Below are positions 22,919-34,400 of a stretch of DNA of 64,000 bases, piece after piece. Positions within the stretch are counted from its first letter, which is position 1. The number at the start of each line of letters is the position of its first letter. The notes beneath the pieces are model-generated. The model was not told where the DNA came from. It saw nothing but the letters and a program-made list of their open reading frames with translations, and did not search any database. The DNA comes from Gracilinanus agilis (lineage: Eukaryota), in assembly GCF_016433145.1 (NCBI RefSeq), contig NC_058131.1:462691590-462755589 (forward strand), given 5' to 3'. The position numbers were made by a program, and so were the translations under genes.

Positions 22919-25407
22919 GAGCCAAGGGGTGAGTTAAGACATCTATCTAAGCAGAAAGACCTCACTACATATAGGTAAATATTCAGCATCTTCTTCATAA
23001 TCTCAATTCAGGTGACCTCTTACTTTCAGGATGTATTTTTAACATCTTTCACAAAAACTTGTCCCATGCTTCTGAGGCAGGTGATGAGGAAACTTGGGTA
23101 GATACAAATAAATCAATAGCTATATAAAGACTAAGCATCTCCAATGCCATATTTACTGTTGTAACTTGGCACAACAGATGTATTCCTGAATAAAAGTAAA
23201 AGTACAAGTAAAATTTGTGTAAGTTCAAGGATTTTAAATGCTCTAAAGGAACTTGCTATTTCTTACACTGGTCTATCCCCACAACAACTAGGCCTGGGCC
23301 GAGTATAAAGGACAATGATTTAATAAAGCAGAATCCTTATTAAAAAAAAAATTTTTTTTTAAAGTTTGAGTTTTCTTAAAGTGTGTTAGGAGAAAAACAG
23401 ACTATTAAGAAGTTGGGGAATCTCATTTTATCTTCAAAAGATGATAAAATTTAGAGATGAGAAAATTGAGGAAGAGGTTAAGTGATTTGCCGATTTAGTC
23501 ACACAGCTAGTAACCTTATCTACTGTTCTACCTCTCCTTATCATAACGTACAGATTGATGCTCTAAATTAGCAAGACTCCTTGTGGATGATCTCAATATG
23601 TAGTGTAAAGCATAGATTTTTTCCAAGAATATCTTAATAGTAACTAATTTTAGAATTCTCTGCATCTACAGAGAATAATTAGTTCACTTAAAATTGTACT
23701 GCCTATTACATATTAAGAGTAATACTAAATTCTGGAGAAGGAAATGGCAAACCACTCCAGTCTTTGCCAAGAAAACCTCATGAACAATATTAATGTGCTA
23801 CAGCCCACAGGGTCACAAAGAGTTGGACGCAACTGAACAACAACAATGCTGAGTTCAAGGAAGCTTTGTTACCCTGTAAAATGAATTCTCCAGGGTTGAA
23901 AAACCTAGTCCCTATTAGGGGTGAATTGGCTTATGGCCAAGAACTTTATCTGCTGTCTGCAAAAAGTCAGTGCAACAAATACATATATGGAATGTATAAC
24001 TTGGATTTCCACTAATTTTCCAAATTACCAAATTTTCAAAGTGAAAAGATTTAGCCATATTTCCATGTTTTTCTAAGAAATGATTCTTTATTCAATTGAA
24101 GTGGTTCTGAGTAGAGCCCTTTAAAATATTCCACCCACATTAGCAAGATGATTACAGGGAGAGCAACTATGTGTTTGCAATGTTACTGTTGCTCAACCTA
24201 AACCAGAAGTATATCATGTATTTAGAGCTTTGAAGAGATTTATACAGTATATAACAGTCAGGGAGGCTGAAGGTTATCCTTAGTAGCTTTTCATACTATC
24301 AAATATATATGCTGACTAGAAAAGTGAGGACTTCTAATACAGGATTCATGGATTCAACTCCAACTTGTTTCTCATGAGGTTGTTGATAAGCATCAGAATA
24401 CTTATAAAATCACAATTTTAGAACAGATGGCTTATAGGTCCTATACTGGAAAAAGCCACAGAGCATAAATCTATGGTCAAGATAACTTTCCCAATTTCTC
24501 AAGCTACCTATGACCCAATTTTAAAATTAATGATTGGTATCCCTAATTCGTTCATTGAGACTTCTTACTCCTTTATAGAAGTTAAAATTTTTAAATACTA
24601 TTTTGATTCCATAGTTATAATGACTTTTCTATATATGTATCACCAAATAAGAGAAAACATTGATGGGCCTAAATCTGTTGTTCTATAAGTTTCTCAGAGA
24701 TCTTCATCTTCAGCCAAAATCTTAAATAGAGTATAAAAAATGGTCACTACCCTTAGAAAAATATACATTAAAAGTATAATGCAAATCTTTTACCATAAGC
24801 TAATGGGGAGCTACACAAAGTGAAGATAGTTTGCACATGGTCTGCTATACTAAGCATAGGGTACTCTAATATGCCCATTTCATAATCTTTAGTCTCCCTT
24901 GATCATTCTATAGGATATTTACACCAACCTTTCTTAAACATAATTGTCTGCCCTTCTAGTTTTGGGTTATTTCCTCTCCTCCTCCAGCCAGATTGCTTAT
25001 CATTAAAACTGTATTATAATATATGGGAGGCAATGTGGCACAGTTTAAAGAGTGATGGATTTGGAATTTAGGAGCTCTGGCTTCAAATGCTAGCTCTGAT
25101 ACCTACTAGTTATGTGACCCTGGGCAAATTATTTCACCCATTCCATCCTCTGCACAACGGGAATATATGCTTACAGAGTTGTTGTGAAGCTTTGCAAACC
25201 TTGGAGGATTAGAAATATGAACTGTCTTCCCCTTGGTATATTTTCACTGCCTCTCAAAACTACTAGATTAAGGCTAGGAAAAACTTTGGTTTGCCATTAC
25301 AAACTTCGTGATGGAAACTGGTTATTTTGGTGACTTCCTTTAGTAATTTACTCAGTGGAAATATCCCCTGTGGAAAACAAAGGGGGAAAGTTAGCTACTC
25401 CCTATTG

Positions 25408-25717
25408 CAGTGATGGTGGACCTTTTAGAAACAGTGTTACCCCACCCCCCAGACAGAGTGCCAGGCCCACCCTGCCCCTCCTTTATCCCACACAGGGGAG
25501 GGAGAAAGTGCTCCCACATTGGGATGCTGGACAGAGGACCAGGGGATGTGAAAAGATATCAGGCACAGTGGAGAGGGGGAGGGGAGCAGCTCTGCTCCAG
25601 TCCCTCTGCCTTTCTAGTAATGAAATCTGGGGTGGGTAGGGGGAGGAGAACATGAGTGCCACAGAGAGTGCTCTGCATGCCATCTGTGGCACTGGTGCCA
25701 TAGGTTCGCCATCACTG
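25408..25717. mobile_element. Non-autonomous hAT element (CAGTGATGGCGAACCT TIR family)
   Basis: TIRs cagtgatggtggacct and aggttcgccatcactg; 8-bp TSD ccctattg / ccctatgt. Confidence 0.85.
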
Positions 25718-28012
25718 CCCTATGTTCATTGCATTTAATTTTCAGGTTAAATAGTTGCAAGAGAGCTAAACCAGCTTTCTTTAAGTTTGTGTCTTAGCTT
25801 TTCACCTTATGACACCATATATTTTCAAGATGTTCTCAAAACTATAAGATAATATCCCTAAATCTGTTTGGCAAAATACAAATGATTTCAGTTCCAACTT
25901 ATATAGTGTTGTAAGGTGTGCAGATGTTATTTTTTCAGAACTCTCCAAGATTAGTGTTACAAGTATTAGTAATCCCATTTTATAGGTGAGGAAACAGGTC
26001 TAGAGAAGTTAAGTGACTCACTCATAATCATAATTTAACAAATGACCTGGCTAAAACTCAAACCCAGGCTGAAAAAGTAGAAGTAGAACAAGAGGCAAAT
26101 TTTACAGATATTTTTTAAGTTGCAGAATGCAAGAATAATATCCTTGATAATTTGTCTTAAGGTTCTTTTGGCACTTCAGTGTGTAAATATCTTTAGATAA
26201 GATACCTTTAGGTATTAAGACATAAATGCCTTTAGATAAGACTTAAGACAAACCATCCTCATACTGGATACTACCAAGTTTTAAGTTTTAAAATAGACAA
26301 TAAAAAGTGGACACAACACCAAAAAAGAGCCTAAAATGCAAATACTTTTTTTTAAAAAGAAGATGGATAGATTATATCAGTAACAACAAGAGTTCTACAT
26401 TTTTTTTCCTTTCAGGAAGATCACTATTCACCCAGCTGATTTAGTTTCTGGGCAGTTTTCATGAATTTTTTATATGGTGCTATCTAATCATTCAAATGCC
26501 TTTCTCCCATATGAAGTCATTCCACTGAATTGACACTAGCTCTACTAAATGGAGTAATAATTTTCAGATGTCTTAAGAGTTTTTCTGAAAGGAAATGACA
26601 CCAGTTATCTACATTTCACCAAAATTTAAAGGAATTAAATTTTTAAGGAAGCTTGTATAGAGAGTCACTGGCAAAACCTTGTGTTCCTGTGCTGATTTTA
26701 AAACTGGATAGAAGCCATCCCTTGTTCTATCATTTAACATGTAACATGAGAGAGTTGAGGGGGAAAGTACACTTGGACTCTAGAGACTGAGGTCTAGGGT
26801 TCCAGCTCTGACAGTGGTGTTGTGCTGTTAGGCAAATCAAAAAAGTGATTTGCCTTTTAGATATCAGTTTCCTCATCTGTGAATCATAATTCTTCCAAGA
26901 CTTTAATTTTGACTGCCTGTGATAATAGACTTTAAAGGAACATCAGATTTACATATTCCTTCTGAAGCTAACTCATACTGAAAAAAAAGTCTGTCTAAAA
27001 AATAGGGAGAAAAGATTGCGTTAACCACTTCCCCTGACACAGCTTTGATTTCTCAAAATTAAGTTTTTCCTCTTTTAAGGAGAAAATCAAACACCTGAGA
27101 AACTTAAATGTAATTTTATGTAGCAGCAAATAGCTTCCCAATCCCCTCCCTCTCCCATCTGAAAGAATAGCCTATAAAGCCCAAGTGTTGAATGTTATTA
27201 AATTTTGGTCAAAAGTTATAGTGATCTTACCTCTATAATTCTGGACTTCTTGAACCAGTTTCCTGTGTACGTTTTAAGGACTTCTGTCGTCCTTAGAGAA
27301 ACTTTAAACATAAAAATGATATATGTAGTTTTTAATAACAAATTATGAGTCTTGTTGGTGCTAAAAGGGAATAGTGATCTTTTTAATTTTAAAAGGATAC
27401 CACTTTAATTATGCATGATTTATAATAGAGCATATAGTTTTTACTTTATCCTGTTTTAAGAGCTGTAGTAAATAGATTAGATAGCTAGCCCTCCAACATT
27501 TTAACAAGTCATTGGACTTGGACAAGTCATTACTCCACTGGACCTCAGTTTCCTGAATATGAAGAGATTGGACTAGATAGGTTAGCTTCACTTCTAACTC
27601 TGCATCTATGATCTCTATGAAATCTGCCACAAAAGGTCAGGAATTCCTATACTGGAGAAGTCAACCTCCTTCCCCTCTTTTTCCCCACCCTTCCCAGATT
27701 TTTACTAAATTTGGTATACTTTTATGTTAGAAGTCATGGTTTTAATCCATTACTGCCAGTTCAGATAAGTGTGCTGGTCCCAGTTTTGTGTATTCACACA
27801 TTAAATAAACAACTTGTTTCTACTCCCTTCCAAAGGCAGTGTGTTTATTTTACTCTTATGTCTTATTAGTTCTTAAGAGAGCATCCAAAAGCCCCTTCTA
27901 AATTTATATACTGAGGACATTTCCCCAGTCTTCTCTTTGGAAAACTTAGTCTATCAGCTATGCAGATTGTCAGACTTTACAATGCAACCCCAATGTTACA
28001 TACATAGACACA

Positions 28013-28018
28013 TTTATT
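28013..28018 (-). terminator. HSPA2: Candidate distal HSPA2 poly(A) signal AATAAA
   Basis: tttatt on plus; followed on the minus strand by GU-rich tgtgtctatgtatgt. Confidence 0.45.
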
Positions 28019-28349
28019 TAAAGTTCAATTCTCTTTATCCTACCTTCTATCCTTCTATCCCTCCAATATCAAGTTTTAATGTCTTCAAGAATAACCAAAA
28101 AAACTTCCATTAGATTTGTTGTCTATAAGACAGCAAAATCAAGTAAATATTTGAAAGCACCAGTCATTTTGAGACCAGTTTTGCTTTTTTACAAAATAAC
28201 TGACAATCTGTCAACTAAATAATGATTTAAGCATTCATTAAGATTATTGCAAATTGTTTTATAGACTTGTTAACTTATTTTTTAAAGCTACGAACCGAAT
28301 CTTAAAAACACTAGTACATAAAAAATAAGCAGATTAAGCTTCTCAATAT

Positions 28350-28355
28350 TTTATT
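28350..28355 (-). terminator. HSPA2: Proximal HSPA2 poly(A) signal AATAAA
   Basis: About 370 nt after the stop codon; followed about 25 nt later by a U/GU-rich element (ttattttttatgt on minus). Confidence 0.65.
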
Positions 28356-28722
28356 GTTACCAAAGCTTCCATAGGACAGGTGGGAAAACGGTTTTTTTTT
28401 TTCCTATAGGTGTTTTTTTTTCCTCCTCAAACAAAATCTTCATGCACAAACTTTAAGTGTTAACAAAAAATGCTCAAGTTAGCAAACACACAAAATGCAT
28501 TAAAGACAAACCCTGAACATTAGTTTTTTTAAATAAACAATCTTTAGAACTAACCTTTACTAAACTAAGTTGTTGTACCTTTGTTTTCATATGCATACAG
28601 CAGGCTAAGATTTTCTTCAATAAACTTTGTACTTGGCACACTGACACTTTAAAGTATAAACGAAAAAAAATAATAACGTGTAGAGAATGGTAAAGGTTTG
28701 CTGATGACTGGGAGTGCATGTT

Positions 28723-30630
28723 TTAGTCCACTTCTTCAATGGTTGGTCCCCCAGAGGCACCTGAACCGCCTCCACCCGGTCCTCCTTGGTAAAGTTTGCT
28801 GATGATGGGATTGCAGACTCTTTCAAGCTCTCTCTGCTTATGTTCAAACTCATCTTTTTCTGCCATTTGGTTTCGGTCTAGCCAGCTTATCACCTCTTGA
28901 CACTTGTCCAGGATCTTGTTCTTGTCCTGTTCGCTTATCTTGCCCCTCAGTTTCTCGTCTTCTACTGTCTGCTTTATGTTATAGGTATATGACTCCACTG
29001 CGTTTTTAGCAGCAACTCTATCACGATTTGCTTCATCTTCTGACTTGTACCTTTCTGCCTCTTGTACCATCCGGTCGATATCGTCTTTGCTTAGACGGCC
29101 TTTATCATTAGTTATGGTAATTTTGTTCTCTTTGCCGGTGCTTTTGTCCGCTGCAGTCACATTGAGGATGCCATTGGCGTCTATGTCAAAAGTTACCTCG
29201 ATTTGGGGCACCCCACGGGGAGCTGGAGGGATACCTGTGAGGTCGAACTTGCCGAGCAGATTATTGTCCTTGGTCATTGCCCTTTCTCCCTCGTACACCT
29301 GCACTAAGACACTGCTCTGGTTGTCGGAGTAAGTTGTGAAGGTCTGGGTCTGCTTAGTGGGAATAGTGGTGTTTCTCTTAATCAGGGGAGTCATCACTCC
29401 ACCAGCGGTTTCAATACCCAAAGACAGCGGAGTAACATCAAGCAGCAGGAGGTCCTGCACATTCTCCGATTTGTCTCCGATAAGAATCGCTGCTTGAACA
29501 GCCGCACCATACGCTACGGCTTCATCAGGGTTTATGCTCTTGTTAAGCTCTTTGCCATTGAAGAAATCTTGCAGCAGCTTTTGGATCTTGGGGATACGAG
29601 TGGAACCACCCACCAGCACAATCTCCTGGATCTGTCCCTTGTCTAGTTTGGCATCTCGAAGAGCTTTCTCCACTGGCTCCAGAGTCCCGCGGAAGAGGTC
29701 GGCGTTGAGCTCCTCGAACCGGGCTCTGGTGATAGAGGTGTAGAAGTCCACGCCCTCATAGAGTGAGTCGATTTCAATGCTGGCTTGAGTGGAGGAGCTC
29801 AGTGTGCGTTTAGCCCGTTCACAGGCGGTGCGGAGGCGCCGGACCGCTCGCTTGTTGGGGCCGATGTCTTTCTTGTGCTTGCGCTTGAACTCTTCAGCCA
29901 GGTGGCTCACCATGCGGTTGTCAAAGTCCTCTCCGCCCAGGTGGGTGTCGCCGGCCGTCGACTTCACCTCGAAGATGCCATCCTCGATGGTCAGGATGGA
30001 CACATCGAACGTCCCACCCCCGAGGTCAAAGATCAGTACGTTCTTTTCTCCCCCTGCACTCCCTTTTTTGTCCAGGCCGTAGGCAATGGCCGCGGCCGTG
30101 GGCTCGTTGATGATTCTCAGGACATTAAGGCCGGTAATGGTGCCGGCGTCCTTAGTGGCCTGGCGCTGGGAGTCATTGAAGTAGGCCGGGACCGTGATGA
30201 CGGCGCTTTGCACCTTCCCACCCAGATAAGCCTCGGCGATCTCCTTCATCTTGGTCAGGACCATGGAGGAGATCTCCTCCGGGAAAAAGGTCTTAATCTC
30301 CCCCTTGTACTCCACCTGCACTTTCGGCTTCCCGCCCTCGCTCACCACCCGGAACGGCCAGTGTTTCATGTCCGACTGCACCGTCGCGTCTTCAAACTTG
30401 CGCCCGATTAGCCTCTTGGCGTCGAAGATGGTATTGGTGGGGTTCATGGCCACCTGGTTCTTGGCGGCGTCGCCGATGAGGCGCTCGGTATCTGTGAAGG
30501 CGACATAGCTCGGGGTGGTGCGGTTGCCCTGGTCGTTGGCGATGATCTCCACTTTCCCGTGCTGGAAAACGCCCACGCACGAGTAAGTGGTGCCCAGGTC
30601 GATCCCGATGGCGGGGCCCCGCGCAGACAT
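28723..30630 (-). CDS. HSPA2: Heat shock 70 kDa protein 2 (germ-cell HSP70), 635 aa, intronless CDS
   Basis: HSP70 signatures [22 protein letters not shown] and EEVD. HSPA2-diagnostic MSARGPAIG start, KKGxAGGEKN insert and GGPGGG tail. Synteny with ZBTB1 and PPP1R36. Confidence 0.98.
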   Translation of the reverse strand: MSARGPAIGIDLGTTYSCVGVFQHGKVEIIANDQGNRTTPSYVAFTDTERLIGDAAKNQVAMNPTNTIFDAKRLIGRKFEDATVQSDMKHWPFRVVSEGGKPKVQVEYKGEIKTFFPEEISSMVLTKMKEIAEAYLGGKVQSAVITVPAYFNDSQRQATKDAGTITGLNVLRIINEPTAAAIAYGLDKKGSAGGEKNVLIFDLGGGTFDVSILTIEDGIFEVKSTAGDTHLGGEDFDNRMVSHLAEEFKRKHKKDIGPNKRAVRRLRTACERAKRTLSSSTQASIEIDSLYEGVDFYTSITRARFEELNADLFRGTLEPVEKALRDAKLDKGQIQEIVLVGGSTRIPKIQKLLQDFFNGKELNKSINPDEAVAYGAAVQAAILIGDKSENVQDLLLLDVTPLSLGIETAGGVMTPLIKRNTTIPTKQTQTFTTYSDNQSSVLVQVYEGERAMTKDNNLLGKFDLTGIPPAPRGVPQIEVTFDIDANGILNVTAADKSTGKENKITITNDKGRLSKDDIDRMVQEAERYKSEDEANRDRVAAKNAVESYTYNIKQTVEDEKLRGKISEQDKNKILDKCQEVISWLDRNQMAEKDEFEHKQRELERVCNPIISKLYQGGPGGGGSGASGGPTIEEVD

Positions 30631-30635
30631 CCTGA

Positions 30636-30862
30636 CTGAAAGAAAGCAAAGAGGACGAGAGGAAGGGAGGAAAGAGAGCAGGCGTTGAGAAACCGCGGCG
30701 TCAACGGTCAGCAGCTAGGTTCCCCTCCGTCCCGCCCCACACTGCGCCAGCCTCGACAATCCGGGTCGCACCCCCCACCGTGGACTCCGCTTTTATAACC
30801 ACCTCCCACTACCTCCTGGAAATCACCAGGACCAATCTACTCCCGGGCCCGCCCGCACAAAC
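30636..30862 (-). other. HSPA2: Candidate HSPA2 5' UTR intron (227 nt)
   Basis: Long polypyrimidine tract ending tttctttcag/tcaggATG (acceptor 5 nt before the ATG, well supported). The donor AGG/gtttgt at 30862 is a best guess. Confidence 0.6.
30791..30797 (-). promoter_or_regulatory. HSPA2: TATA box (TATAAAA) of the proximal HSPA2 promoter
   Basis: Exact motif about 160 nt upstream of the ATG, with a CCAAT motif at 30832-30836. Confidence 0.7.
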
Positions 30863-30937
30863 CCTTCCAGCCGGTGCCACAGGCTTTCCTCGGCCGGAGT
30901 GATGGGCCGGTGGCCCAACAGATTTCAAGCAGGGCGT

Positions 30938-30945
30938 GGGGCGGG
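30938..30945 (+). promoter_or_regulatory. HSPA2: GC box (GGGGCGGG)
   Basis: Exact Sp/KLF-type motif in the CpG island. Confidence 0.55.
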
Positions 30946-30982
30946 ACCTGAGCCGGCGCGAGAAGGCAGGAAGGTGTCCGTT

Positions 30983-30990
30983 ATGCAAAT
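30983..30990 (+). promoter_or_regulatory. HSPA2: Perfect octamer ATGCAAAT (POU site)
   Basis: Exact motif 353-360 nt upstream of the ATG. Confidence 0.65.
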
Positions 30991-31463
30991 GATCCCCCGC
31001 CCCCCGCGCCCAGCCCTCCCCGACAAGCCTGGGCGTCCGTGTCTCGTGAAGTCCGGACGGGTCTGGGGGGCGTTGGGCTCGTGACCCGCCAGTCTATGCT
31101 CCCCGGACTTTTCCACCGCCTCTGAGTGTACCAAAGGCGGGATCGCCTGACGCTCGCTTGATTGGCAGGGGGCACAGCAAGTGAGCAGAACTCGGTACCC
31201 TCCGGCGGCTGACAGGACCTGGGGTCGCTAGGAGAGGAGTAGGGATTTGGGGGTGGGGGGAGGAGAAACCGAGGTGGGGCGAAGACGCAGAAGACTGGAC
31301 CAGATGAGCAGAAAGGGAGAGAGCCTCGGGGACGGCGTGGGTTATTTATTGCCATGTCCGTCGTGCTTCTGGAAAGTTTGATTTCAATGGCAGATGTCAC
31401 GGTTAAACACGCAGGGAGCGCGTGCTCGGATGAGTTTGCGGGAACGCGCAGGGTGCTGGTGAC

Positions 31464-31473
31464 CCTTATTTGG
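31464..31473. promoter_or_regulatory. CArG box CCTTATTTGG (SRF site)
   Basis: Exact CC(A/T)6GG at the distal edge of the HSPA2 CpG island. Confidence 0.5.
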
Positions 31474-34400
31474 TGCCTGTGGAAAATCCCAGCAGCTCCA
31501 AGGGGTGAGGTAGCACCCAGGAATCCAGGCATGTTCCATTCCCCTTCCTTAATGCCCCTCTCTTCCACCCACCCCGGAGATGCGACGTGGTGACAATAAT
31601 ACTGATCGCTCTTATTAGTTATCTGTTGCTTTATATTGCACTTTTAAGGTTTGCCATTTTTGTCCTCTCGACAAACTTATGAAATAAATGCTATTACACC
31701 CGTTTTATTAGGAAACTGGGGCAAATAGGTTAAGAGACTTGCCCAAAGATTCCCCCCACCCCACCCGCTTTAGATCTGGAATGTCTGGGTTCAAACTTTA
31801 AGTCACAACTTCTCTGGGACTCAATTTTCCCATTTGTCAAGTGGGTGAGGGAAAGTGTAGTAAGATTCAATGACTTCATCCCTTCCTCCTCCGAGACTCT
31901 GAGCATCTAGAAATGGGCCGGGCTATCTAGGGGAAAGAAGAGAGTTGAGGACTTAAAAAAAAAATGGAAATGCTTACGCTTGGACTGTCTGCTCCTCGTG
32001 ACCCTTCTGGGCAGTGCCTCACTCTTAAATAGTTAAATGGTCTCTAAAACATGAGCCCTAAAAGGCCAGTGGGGAATCAAGTTTCCCCAGCAACAGGGCT
32101 TCACTTACATTGTTTTTCTTAGGAGGGGAAAATAAAGGCTTCGGGGCTGAAAAAAGACTCCTGCATTACAAAGCCTACCGCTGGCGTGCGGGCTGGCAGG
32201 AGAGCACTTCACTTGCAACGTGACTTTTTACGAATAAAAATCGGTAGTGATTAGGACTATTCATTGAACAACCTCTTCCTGCCAGGCCCAATCCTAAACG
32301 TGGAGAATTGGAGAAAGACAAAAATTGACCCTCAAGGGGCTTGCATTCTAGTTGGGAAGATAACACATAAACAATTAATGGACTTTCACGATTTGTTTAG
32401 GGTGAATCAGAAGTAATCCCAGAGGGAAGAAACCGGCATTGTGAGGAACCGGACAAAGGTTTCTTGTAGAAGTAGGGCTTGAGTTGAAATACCAGGTATG
32501 AGGTGTAGAGGGAGGCAGCCACAGAAAATGCAATAAATAGGCAGATGGAGTGTCTTGTTGCAATATCAGGGAGTCAAGTTTAGAAGTCTGAAATTAACCA
32601 CTTTTTCTGCCTTGGATTTAATTTTTTCCTTTAATCTCCTCCAGCCCTCTTCCATCCTTTCTCCTGCTGCCCGAATTTTCAGTTACATACAGTAGGCGCT
32701 CTGTAAATGTTTGCTGTAAAGTCTCTTCTCCCGTCTCAGATTCTGCCTCTGTCTCCAACCACACTACATAGTCATCTCAAGGTGACTCTAAATACTTCTA
32801 AAAGTTAATTTCTTTTTACACAATGTATTAACTGGTTGAGCACTCTATTTTTCTCTTTTGTTGAGCTGATTAGGTTTAATCAGTATTAGGTTTAATCAAT
32901 AATTGCTGTAGTGAAACAAAGACAGTTTTAACTGTTTTACTATTTATTACTTATGTGACCTTGAGCAAGATAACTTAATTTCTCTGGGCCTTACTTTCCC
33001 CATCTGTAAATCGAGGAAGCTAGATTCTCTCAAGTCCCTGAGGGCTCTAAATACTGTGATCATTTGCATCTCAGTGGTTGGAGAAAGGGGAGATAATAGA
33101 ATCCTAGAGTTCTGACTGAGAAATGTTTTGTATATAACACATCCGGGAGGAGTAATAACTGTGTCCCCAAAAGTCAGGCCCCAAGAATTTGAAGTTCCCT
33201 TCCCTGGTTATGGCAGTTTCCAATTTAAACTCATTTCACTTGTCACTCTAATTTTCTGACTTTTAGTCTTTTTAAAACCACAAACAGCAGTTCTTGGGAT
33301 TCCTATCTTCTCTCTCAAGGGAGTTGAAGCAAAAATGGGAGAAACAAACATAAAGAGGGCAAAAGAATGATAAAACTGACAAGTATCTACAATTCTACCG
33401 TTTCTGAATAGTGAGTATGAAGAGCTTGATATCCATCTTCTTTTTTCACTTATGTTTAAAGTCAGGTACGAGAGCATACATTTTTACCTTTCAGTTAATG
33501 AGAGGGGAGAAGTCAAAGGCAGTAATGAATGCACCAACAGAAACTATTAATAAAACACAGCACAGAGAAATTTTTTGTAACTGTTAGAAAGGATGGTGAG
33601 CTTGCTCATATCTTTGCTCATTCATATTTTTGAATAAATTCGGTGATTTCATTGGTCTGATGAGCTCCCTAAGAAGAAACTCCTCTCTACTAAAGCAGAT
33701 TGATACCTGCTGGGCAATTTAGTCATAGAGAGTTGCCTTTGGGCTCAGGTTGTGATTTGCCCAGGCCACACAAACAATATACATCAAAAGTAAAAGTTGA
33801 ACTTGTCTTTCTGACTCGAAAGACCTGCTCTCTAGGATACTGTGATGCCTATTTGGCATCCACACTTAACCTCTAGCAAAAATCATTCTATAGTACAAAG
33901 AGCTTCAGAGCTAAAAGGAAATTTTCATATAGTTACTGGACACAATTCTCATAGATAACACAGAGAAAGCATAATATAACCACCTCAAACATCTTTAACA
34001 CTTTTCTGAAACCACGATAACAAACTTCCATTTTTATTGTCCATGACTTTTTCTCAGATTTAGTATTTTAGACTGCTAAATTAGTACATTAGACTTATAT
34101 TAATATATTATTAATATTAATAAATTTAAAATTATTAGTTAATATATTAATTAGCATATTGAACTTTTTCTTTGAATTAGTATTCTGCCCAATTCAGTTA
34201 ATTGTTTCATACTTGAGATGGCAACTTAAACTTTTGGCAGGGGTAAAATTTGGTCTGTAATGAACTTTTGCAATAGTAGGCCTTTAGGGACTAGAATAGT
34301 ATTTTTGAATGGTAAACATTTATTAATAGCCTACCACTTACCAAGCATTGTGTTAAGTGTGGCAAAAGACAGTCCCTGACCTCAAGGAACTTATGCTTTA

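Larger units (their letters stand above)
29300..31600. promoter_or_regulatory. HSPA2: CpG island spanning the HSPA2 promoter and most of the CDS
   Basis: Dense CpG and high GC compared with the flanks. Ends approximate. Confidence 0.85.

Noticed and set aside
29045-30704. Multiple long ORFs antisense to or overlapping HSPA2 (e.g. 208 aa at 29785-30411)
   Set aside because: Antisense ORFs are a known by-product of codon bias and high GC in HSP70 genes; no independent start context or homology.
30981-31568. 195-aa minus-strand ORF upstream of HSPA2
   Set aside because: Lies in a GC-rich promoter island where stops are rare; Pro/Arg-rich, no recognisable domain, and overlaps promoter motifs.
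34095-34155. Cluster of AT-only palindromes (ttattaatattaataa, ttaatatattaa)
   Set aside because: Low-complexity AT sequence produces palindromes by chance.
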